Assembly (NCBI GenBank): GCA_010909165.1
Contig: MU008181.1
Span: 434,001-498,000, forward strand
Source of the DNA: Anthoceros angustus
Lineage: Eukaryota; Plantae; Anthocerotophyta
Reading direction: 5' to 3'
DNA length: 64,000 nt
Shown here: positions 1 to 10,146 of the stretch, in pieces
Layout of the letters: each line of letters starts with the position of its first letter
Position numbering within the stretch: position 1 is the first letter of the stretch
Notes under the pieces: generated by a model
Told to the model about the DNA's origin: nothing
Database searches by the model: none
The model's input: only the letters and a program-made list of their open reading frames with translations
Translations under genes and position numbers: made by a program

Positions 1-522
1 CCGCTGAAAGGGTTGCTGGAGCAAGCGAGCGAAGATGGGCAATTCGGAGGTTCGCAGTTGTATACATTCTAGCACTTCGTTGTCAGGCATCCATGGAAGG
101 GCCAAACTTGTGCCGGCAGGGTCCTGACGTCAGGGAATTGCAGGAAGACAAGCACTACTTTTCGAGGATGCGTGAGTGGGGATGCGGCACAAGAGTCCTG
201 GCAGCGGAAGCACCTCGTCTCCGGCATTGGAGAATGGCGTAAGCCTCCTTAGAGGTTCAAGGAACTCAAGCCGGCAGCTGATCAAAGATGCCAAACTTAC
301 GGAACGTGAGACACATGCATCCACTGGAGCGCACATGGCTTGCACATGGAACCTGGAGCACACGAGGGGGGAAGCACATCCACCATGAGAGAATCCTGTA
401 CAGCACTGGGACCAAGCTCAGTTCACCAAACCGCTCTAAGATCAGAGCCTGCCAGGAGGGTCCAGAAACTGCTGCAGAGATAAAGAACGGAGGACGTACA
501 ACCAGGTGGTTATGGATATAGC

Positions 523-3187
523 TCATACGACCAGGTTTACGTCGCCCCCGGGATTGCACAACTTCCCCGCGACCTTCAGCATCTCATCCACCTCCACAAT
601 TTTCTCTCTCGGCTTTCCCTTCAAGCCTCCCAGTTCCCGCTCCTTTTCATCGATTTTAGCCCAATCTTGGAAGGAAATTGTTGCGGTGCCCTTTTCTTCT
701 AGAATGCTCTGCAAGCCCTGCCCTCCTCCTTTCAGAGGAAGGGGTTCTGAACCTAGCAAGCCTGTCTTATGGTCCTCCACAATAGCCTCGATCTGTAAGC
801 AAGAGTTCTCCTCTATTCAGATATCTCGAGATAAGTGGTCTGTAGATAAGAGAATGCCATAAGAGGGGTAAGACTTACCGTTTCCTCCGCACAAGTCAGG
901 TTGGTCCCGATGATCCCTGTGGGACCCCTCTTGAGCCAGCCAACCACATAAAGGCCGCCTTCAGTCGAGGTCTCATCCTTCTGATTGGCGAGCACTCGAC
1001 CAAAAACATTCGGGATGACCCCTGATGACAGCCACCATTCATTGCTTCAGCCACTGCCATTCATGCCAAGGAGCATAACTGCAAGCAGGCAGAAACAGGA
1101 AAGGACAGACAAACCTCGTTTTTCATCAAAAGGCACTCCAGCAACTGGTATGGACTTGTAGCCAATGCTCTTCAGCACCAGCCTAATCAGTACAGTCCTT
1201 GTGTTTAAGATTCCACATCATGGGCATCACAGTTGATTCGAAAAGAGAAGGAGAAATGAGAGACACAAGACGCACCCTGCTTTGATTTCTTCAAATTCTC
1301 CTGTACCAACCGCGATTTGGCCACCACCTTCGTGTCTCTCTGCCATTGACAGATAAAAATACTCAAAATCACCACAATGCATGCAACAACGAGGACAGGT
1401 ACATGTTAATATATGACGAAGACGGAATACTCACTGAGAACCGACTTCTCCAGGCTCACCCCGCCGACCCTTCGGCCATTACCTGAGGGGAGTATCACAT
1501 GTGGGGCTCTGAAAAACACGAAGTCAAGTTTCTTATCGACCTCTGATGCGTTCTTGTTGGCAGCAGCTTTGCAGAAAAGCTCGTATACACGCTTGTGGCT
1601 TCGACTGGCTTTCATCTCTGCCTGCAGGCAATAACACCGGCTGCACAGGCAGCCTTGATGTCAATTTCCAAGGCTGCCTTGCTACACATCCCTTGGAATA
1701 GTACCAAGGGCGGCAATCATGAGCAAGCAGAGGAAGAGGTCATTAGTGCACCGAGTCCATGGCAGAGGTAGATAAATCCTGCTCTTGTACATTCACCTCC
1801 AAGTCTTTCATTCCTTCAGTTCAACGTTTCCTACTGTGAGGATGTCAGCACATAAGAAATGTAAAAGTTCAGCATAATCACACAACATACACTAGGCGCA
1901 ATGACCAGAAGCAACACCGCATGCATTCCAGCTGATGGTCAGCACAGACGAATTACCAAGAAGCTCACGGAGCTCTTTGGCAGTGCAAGCAGCTTGAACA
2001 GGCCCTCGCCGTCCCACCAGATAGACATGCCTGCAGTTGTCAGAAAGGCCTAGTTAATAGGTCAACCCAAGGTGGTGTACTACGAGCCCATCACCTAAAT
2101 ACCTGATGTTGCTGTCTTTCAACGCAGCCAGTGCGTGATCAGCAATGTCCGTCACTTGTAGTTCACTTGTGGAGCGTAGAAGAATCCTTGCAGCATCCAA
2201 AGCAACATTTCCCTGTGCACCATCACGGTGAAGCGTCTGAAAGCAAGCAGCAAGATATCCCTGACAGAACGGTACGCTCATCAGGCAACTCACTTGTCCC
2301 AGGATAACTGCAGTGTCTGTGCTTTTGAGATCAGGTGCTAAATTTGCGGCGTCAGGATGGCCGTTGTACCACCAGACAAACTCCCTTGCAGCATGCACTC
2401 CCTGCAGGTTCTGTGAAGGTGGAAGGCAAAACAACAATGATTTCAGCACCGAGCACCCCTGCTCCACCGAGGACCAGCAGCAGCAAAAGAAACTGGGCAA
2501 TTGGGCATGAAGTCGTGGTCACCTCTCCTGGGATGCCGAGCGCCCTGTCGCTCTCCGCTCCATATGCAAGAACCACCTGCACCAATGAGCTGTGTGTAAG
2601 ACCAGGTTGAAGACATACAATGAGTCTCTTGCAATGTTGATGTCTGTGCCCCATGAGACATGCATACCACATGGTACAGCTCCCGTAGCTCCTGCAAAGT
2701 GATGTCTCTTCCAAGCGTCACGTTGCCGAAGTAAGAGCATCGGCTGTTTGTTGCCACCCTGCTGAATTGGTTGATGACTATCTGCATGAATCCAGCAGCC
2801 AAACAGCATGAAGCACTGTCTGAATATGAGCCACAGTAGGCTCCCGGGATCAATACCTTCGTTTCAGGATGGTCTGGAGCAACCCCGGATCGAACTAATC
2901 CGAAAGGCGTCGGCAGCCTCTCCACGATGTCCACGCTTGCCTTATCAAATCGTTTCAGCAGCTGCAGCAACCACCCACATTTCAGTCCTGCCCAAAATTG
3001 GCTCCAGTACGGGAATGAGGGGACCGAGCACGGGAGGAATCTGGGCACCTACCTTCTCGGCGGTGTAGAAGCCCGCAGGACCGCTGCCCACTACGCAGAT
3101 GTGCAGCTTGGAGTCAGAGCCATGCAGAGTGGAGAAGCTCCTGAGCGCCTGCACCCCGGCTCTGCTAACGAGGCCCAAGAACCGCAT
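523..3187 (-). CDS. MFDR: NADPH:adrenodoxin oxidoreductase (mitochondrial ferredoxin reductase), multi-exon
   Basis: Exon 1 (3187-3053) MRFLGLVSRAGVQALRSFSTL...HICVVGSGPAGFYTAEK gives a mitochondrial-type presequence plus the FAD-binding GxGPAG motif. Later exons read DIVERLPTPFGLVRSGVAPDHPETK, VVLAYGAESDRALGIPGE, FVWWYNGHPD, GQGNVALDAARILL, VYLVGRRGPVQAACTAKELRE and LYVVGWLKRGPTGIIGTN. GT-AG introns; stop at 523. Confidence 0.93.
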
Positions 3188-3448
3188 TCTGGCCAGCCTT
3201 GGATGCTCCGATCACCGTCCCGGAAGCATCGAGCCGGCCGCAGCGCGATGCAGCGCGGGCGTGCTCACAGCATCTAAATACTGTGCGAAGACAAGCAAAG
3301 GGGAAAGAAAGAAAATTTGGAGCAAGGGATGGAGGAACAGATGTGCGAGGAGCAATGGCGATGGCGATGGCTCTTTAAGAAGGAGAAACTTCAACAGCAG
3401 CAGCCTCCTGAGGTATGAGGCGCAGGAGCCGCAGCAGGTGGAGCGGCC

Positions 3449-6400
3449 ATGAGCCTGCGATGGGACCAGCTTGCGGCTTCCGCCAAGACGCTGGCAGTGG
3501 CCGCCGACAAGTGCTGCCGGTCTGATCGCAGGCGTGGGGTGGTCGTGGCTGCCGTCCGTGTTCGAGCTCGGGGAGATAGCAAGGACGAAAGGCTGGAATG
3601 CTCCAGCTGTGGGACTCCCAGGCGAGGCTCCAGGAGCAGGAGAGGCTGCAGTGGGAGGAAAGTGGGAGCTTTGCATCTCAGCCTGCCTGGGAGTTGTGTC
3701 AGGTGTGTCCCGATCGGAGAAGTTTTGGAATTTGGTTGATTGATTTGGGTGCATTTGGGAGAAGTGAGGACTTGAATTTTGGATCTTGGCGTGGGATTGT
3801 AGTGTGTCGCAAGGGTGATCTGGGTGTCACAATGTTTGAATCGATTGTTGCCATTTTGTTGCAGGCGGCAGAGAGCATGCTCCATGTCTTGGGTGGCAGG
3901 TTCTGTGTACTCTCTTGAAAGTCAAGGCAGCTCTCTGTTAGGAACGTACTTTTTTCAAGGTGCTTTGGGATGGCGGACATCAGCCAGACGTCAGCGGCTG
4001 TGGGCTGGTCCAAGGGTTTTTGTGTTTCGTGGTGTAGCATCATCCAGGTGTGTGGCACAGGGTCAGGCTGAGAATGGCAGATTTGGCAATGGAGCAGAGC
4101 TTGCCAGTGCGCCTGGACAGAGGGGGCTGGATGATGGCCATGTCAGAAGTCAAGTTGAATCTGGTGTGCATCATCACGGTGTTGATTCTGTGGGGCAGGA
4201 AGTGGGGAACAGTGTGCCCAGTCTACCAACTGGAAGCAATTGCAGGCCAAAAAAGAAGCAGCATACCTTCATTGTTTTCGACATTGAAACTACTGGGTTC
4301 AAGCGGGGTGACGACCGCATCATCGAATTTGCTGCTCGTGATTTAGCTGGTGGTGAGAACAGCACCTTGCAGACTTTAGTCAATCCCGAGGGAGTACCGG
4401 TGGGCAGCAGTTTTAACACTCACGGTATTTCTGACACGATGATCAACAATCCTGAGACCCCAAAGTGAGTCTGGGTGGGCCTGTTTCCTGATCCCTGACT
4501 TGGATGCAGTCTCTTTCTTGTGACGAGCTCGCTTCTCATGGTTGTGGATACCCTCAGGTGGGACGAGGTTGCCCCAACTATTGTGGAGTTCGTGGAGTCA
4601 CGTCGAAAGGGCAACGGACTTGTTCTATTGGTTGCGCACAATGCGAAAGTCTTTGATGTACCTTTCCTCATCAGCCACTTTGAGCGCAGTTCCGTGCAGC
4701 TGCCGAAGCACTGGCTTTTTCTGGACACCTTGCCTCTAGCAAAGGTTGTGATGGCTGCCAAAGGTATGATGACTGCCAGAAGTGAATGAAGTTCTGTAGC
4801 TATTTCAGGTTTACAGATGGGAATGTGTATGGATGGTGGAGTGAGAATGACGGCCGGTTCTGTTAGGAAGAGCTAGGCATTTAAGAGAGTTCCTCAGATG
4901 CTGAGAAGAGTCCTGAACCAAGGGGTCACTAATGCACAAAGATAAGTAAGATTAGATTCAGGGAGGAGGTCGCACGGCACAGTTGACCCACCTGGTTGTC
5001 ATAGTTGTTCATGTACAAAGGGTCTTGCTGGCTGTGAGGCTAAGAATCTGAAGTTCGAAAGTTCTGTCTTAGAGCCAAGAGAGCGGAACTTCGTACTTCT
5101 CTGGTACACAGCTAGCTGTCTGACCAGTTCTGCTGGCTTCATCTCCTGACATGTTGAATTGATGTAGTATCAGGTATTTGTGAATACTGATGAGGACCAA
5201 CATAAAGCACTTCCTTCTGTGCGTACAACATGTACGATTGTGTGTCTTGAGCTGTTTGATCTTTAGGTTGATTGTTTTCCATGTTTACCTCATGAACTGG
5301 ATTCGATTGTTCTTGCAGGCGGAAAAGGTGCAAACCTTAGTGCTCTCCGTGACTTCTACAGGTTGCCAGATGCTGGGCAAGCCCACAGGGGCCTGCCTGA
5401 TGTCAATGTCCTAGTTTCCGTGCTTCAACATCTTATGAGAGAACTTCAACTCACACCAAATGATTTGGTAGAGAGGGCGTTCAGAGCCAGTGATTGTAAG
5501 AAGCATTCACAGGGGAGAAGTACTGACGAAGGTACTAAGAGAGAAGAAGACTTCACAGCCTGCACCATCCCTGACACAAGTGACACAGAACTCTCGAGTG
5601 TAGTGGTCACGGACAAGGTGGTTCATTACACTGAAGAGGCTATAGACGAAATCAATGAGGAAGGCGGTAGCATGGCAGGTCCTGCCTCAGGAGATGACAT
5701 TTTTGAAGTCCAAACAGAAACTCTTGCTATATCCCTTGAACCTGGCCTGGTTCTGCAGCCTGTGTCACTAGAAGAAAAGAATCCAACTGGGCTTGACGGT
5801 AACGCAAGGGGGCATTTCTTCCTTGACGGTGCTGGGAATCAGAAACGTGGCCCAAGATTACCGAAAAGGAAAAGGGCATCCTGGTCCAACCACTCTCAAG
5901 ACACTGCTGTCACGCCAGATCACACTTACTCTGAGAGTCCGAGTTTGGGTGTGGGTGAATTCAGCCCGGACAAGAAAAAGTTTTTGGTAGCTATTCTGCC
6001 TCCCTCCAGTGATACTGAGATTTGGGGACTAGCATTCTGTGACATATCAACAGGTATACCCATGTGGCGTCTCTTATCTGCAGCAACTGTATTCAGAACA
6101 ATTGCATGCTCCTTTTATACTTGACTGAAATTGTCTCATGATTGGTTGCAAGTCCTCTAGACCAGTTAACACCCTGGTTTTATCTGTCAGGCGAATTCGG
6201 TGTCACTCATTCTCATGGTAGGCACACGTTGGTGCAGGAGATCCTACGTCTGCAACCATCAGAAATCATTCATCCTTCTGATGTATACTACCCTTTCAGC
6301 CTTGAGATTCATATTTCTCTTGACTTTAGTTGGAAGGGTTGTGAATTGATTGTTACATGTAACGATTGTGCCATGTATCTAACTCTTAGATCTGTGTCTG

Positions 6401-7558
6401 AAGCAGGTCCAGTGCTCGACACCTGAAACCAGTGGATGTGTATACCCCGCGGGCATGCCCCCACAGTTCTGTTATGCAGAGAGACCGAACTCTGACTTTT
6501 CCCCTAGCTCTGCAAGAAAGGTCAGGCTGACTGTCTGCCAGTTTATCTTTTTTATTTGGAGCACATCATGCTTGTGGTTGCTGAGATTGTGATCCAGGGA
6601 CAGGTTTTCTGACTTTTGTCTCTTTGGCATGGTGCAGAAGTTACTGGCACGTTTTGGAGTTGATTCTCTCGAAAGCTTGGGAAGGCAGGAAATTTATGGA
6701 TTGCGGGCAGCCGGTGGCCTTTTGAGGTAAACTTATATTTTGCTTTTACTGGTAAACACATGGTCTGGTGAATGTCGTTGTCTGAGCATCTATGTTAAAC
6801 TTATAATTGTTCAAGTACTTGTGTTCACAAGTATTTGATGCTTCTAACGGTCTTCCACATCCACATTCTAAATTTCATGTTCTGGTGTTGGATCCACACA
6901 GTTATTTGCAAGAAACTCAGAAAGTATCAAGTGGCAGTATCCCCCTTTGCACTCCTCATCCTTATTCTGTTGGTCATTTCATGCACATGGATGAGACTTT
7001 GCGAAGCATGGATCCACCAAAGTGGGATATCTGGTTTGGGAAGAGAAGCCACAAGGGAAGCCCCAATGGTGCAGTCCCCGAAGCAGTGAGCGATCACTCC
7101 CCTGATTCCGGTTCCTCAGAAGTTGAAGGCAACAAGGACCTGACTACTTTGGGGTTGGCAACCAGGGGCAGCACTTGTCAGTTCATGTCCCAGGAAGAGT
7201 TAGACAGTACTTGGAAACAGGTTCACGAATTCTTGCGCACCAAACCTGCTACTCAAGCACTGACAAAACAGAAGGTGAGTACTGACTGACTAAGTCCCTT
7301 GAATTCCATGTCCTTGACAATGAGCATTTGCAGAAAGCCAAGTCTCTCATGCACACACACACGTCTGTGCAGGGTTCTTTGGTTTCCATCTCAAAAACCT
7401 CTGAAAACCTGATAGTCTGCCTTGGTGCACCTGCCCTTTTTGTCAAAAAATTCCAGCAGCATGAGCATGCCACAGCTTTGCAGAGTGCATTCCAATCCGT
7501 CCTGCAGCAAGCTATGGAGCTCAACATCACCGTTGTTGGGGGACCGAGCGAACACTAG
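3449..7558 (+). CDS. Chimeric protein: organelle-type leader + DPD1-like DEDDh 3'-5' exonuclease + MutS1 connector domain + DnaX-like C-terminal domain (predicted 882 aa)
   Basis: Manually spliced exons 3449-3702, 3865-4464, 4558-4763, 5319-6053, 6191-6282, 6407-6520, 6638-6726, 6902-7274 and 7373-7558 are all GT-AG, phase-compatible and stop-free (2649 nt). ExoI VFDIETTG, ExoII VAHNAKVFD, ExoIII AHRGLPD. MutS-II-like WGLAFCDISTGEF..LVQEILRLQPSEI..PPQFCY..KLLARFGVDSLESLG..LRAAGGLLSYLQETQK. Confidence 0.85.
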
Positions 7559-8064
7559 GCCTACCACATTCTTTCAATAACCACACCTCTCTGGACTCCC
7601 AATTTCCCTGACCACAGAAACTGTTGCCACAGTATATTCGTATCCGAAGTCACTTTACTAGTGGTTACGTTGAGGTGACAAAAAGCGTGTCATGAAACCC
7701 TAGTCTAGTTTGGTGATCCGCACCAGAGTTGGAATCATTCGAACAAACGAACAGGACTTCAGTCGAGCGGAGTAGATCTCGGGCGTGACGACGCAAGATC
7801 CGCAAGTGCTGGGAATTTGAAACCAGGCGCAATCGGTTGCTGGCTTGCGTTTCAATTCGCGGGAGCTTGCATGGTACTCGTCTGTCCGTTGTGCGCGCAA
7901 GAGACCGAATCGCGCGTTTCTGCAAGTTTGCTCTCCAGCTGAAAGTCTTGCCGCTAGCGGAAGCTCCTTTCCGGAAGGCGTCCGGATTCTGGAGCTTCGT
8001 TTCATGAATACCTTCGGATCTGGTTGCCCGACATCGCTACCCAGTGTTATGTCACACAGCCAGA

Positions 8065-9981
8065 ATGAAGTATCTCGAGTACACTCCCCTTGCCAGGTGG
8101 ATGCAATTTTCCGTTTCCTTCTTGTTTCTGCTTTGTGTGGTTTTGGAAAGTTCGCTCATGCTCCGGCGTGGCCTCATTTTCCGCAGCATAAACGCATTCC
8201 TACGAGATGTGGATGTCGGAGATTCCGTAATTCAAGGACTCTTGGAGGCCTACTCCTGTAAGTGGCTCACTTGAAGCGCGTACACACGAATTGTGATAAA
8301 TCTCTTGTGTTGGAGAAGTGACTGATGGAGTTGTTGCTGAATTGCACCTGTTATCGAGACGTGTTTGACACGGATGAACTGCCCCGTTTCAGGCAAGGTT
8401 GCAGGGGTTGACAAAAAGCTGTCACGGAGCTTAGACCAAGATGTAGTCCCTACCCCCTTTTTTTTGTATTCTGATTTCCACTGTGCGAGCCGGGGAGGAT
8501 GAAACTAGTATTATGTTTCAGGTTGTTGAAGCGTTGGCTTTCTCGGCTTCGAGTTTGTCAACTTCCCCTGTTGGACCATTGTCCAGCACGGCCAGGTTTG
8601 CTTTGCCTTGCAGTTTTTGCTTTGGCTGATGGGCCACTGAGGACATCTCGACATCCTCTTTATTGTGGCGTATGGTGCGAGATGCGGAAATCCGTCTTCA
8701 AATTTCGTTGCTATTACAGTGTTAGATCTTACAGTCTTTTGGTATATGGCAGCCGACGGACACTGATCTACCTCATCCTGACCTTAAATCATATGTACCC
8801 AGACTATGATTTCAGGTATTGTGTTGTTTAAACCCAGTAGGCAAGTTGATTCATGACGTCTGTCTGGCATGGTCCGAGTTCAGAACTGCTTATGTATGGG
8901 CATTAGCGTTTCTATTCATGTTGGTAGGTCCTGACCGTAACTTCGGAGTAAACTTGTAGTTCATGAACAGTGGTATTGCGCCATCCCTTAAGCTGGCCAG
9001 CGAAACGATACAACGCACAGAAGTAGATGATCTGATTATACCCTCATGCTTGCAGTCTCTCTGGGCCCCAGCATTTCTGTAATGTGCACGGACACTGCGC
9101 TGCTAAGCAAAAAATTGACAACTACCTCTTTGAAGCAAGCAAGGTGAAGATCGCCTTTGTTGATCTCGAGGACACAGTTTGTCTGTTGGGTTGACTTGTT
9201 GCTACCAATGGTCTCTTGATGCATGGGCATCTCAAGTGCACATGTTTCACAGGATGTGCACTGTTGACGTGCATGATTGATCTTGGTAACTGTGCAATTG
9301 ACCTGAGATATGCCTACAGATTTGGGCCCAGAAAAATGGCAAGGAGCAAGACTTCTTGGACTGCCTTTGGAATGCCATTGATGAGGTCCGTTTTTCCTAG
9401 AAGGAGTTGCAAACCTGGCTGTAGACTTGGTCCCTTCAAGTATGTTGCAGCTTGACTAAGATTCCCCTAGTGCACTACTTTGATTCGGCTTTAATATTTC
9501 CTGTGGTGCTACAGGTGATAGGGCTTGAAGACTGTGATGTCTACAGCTACATGCCCGACAGTGAAGGGAATCCCTTTGCTGACAAAAGTAGCATGTGGGT
9601 CCTCCTTCTGTTTGGTGTATTTAATTTCCTTTCCTCAAATTGATGCAAAATGGCTGATGGGAGACCTGTTGGCAGATGGAATTTCAACTTCTTCTTCTAT
9701 AACAGAAAGCTGAAACGGATGCTGTACTTCAGTTGCGATTGTTTCAGGTGATTCAGGCGGGAAGCTTAGCCAGCTTCTATATTTATCTTTAACTGTCCGC
9801 TCCCGTTTTCAGTCTCTGAGACCTACTGACGGTTATGCTCTTTCTCGGTGCTCAGCCCGACCTAACCCCTTGCTCTGTGTGTCCTCGTGCCTTCAGTAAG
9901 CTGACAATAGAGGAGTCCGACGAGTTTCTTGACGTGGAAGAAGAAGATTTTCCAGATGGCTTAGAGCTCATGGACGAATAG
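8065..9981 (+). CDS. MAF1: Repressor of RNA polymerase III transcription MAF1, multi-exon
   Basis: MKYLEYTPLA|SINAFLRDVDVGDSVIQGLLEAYSC; SRRTLIYLILTLNHMYPDYDF; DFLDCLWNAIDE|VIGLEDCDVYSYMPDSEGNPF; WNFNFFFYNRKLKR; acidic tail ending at TAG 9981. Confidence 0.93.
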
Positions 9982-10146
9982 CACAGCAGCAATGTTCTCG
10001 GCAGCACTGGCGGCGCTGCCTTTCAATGCTGGCATGCATGTTGTACTCTAGTGGCAAATACCGATGTCGCGTGTAAAGTATTTGGTTGTGGTTTCGGTTG
10101 TGACCTCACGGCTGGACTGGCCTGCCGTGGGATCTGCTTTCCCATC

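Noticed and set aside
1-500. Possible 3' exons of a plus-strand gene
   Set aside because: Splice-like signals exist but there is no recognisable product; the window edge prevents a model.
8065-9981. Functional clustering of MAF1 with the tRNA genes
   Set aside because: They are 50 kb apart with unrelated genes between them; MAF1 acts in trans.
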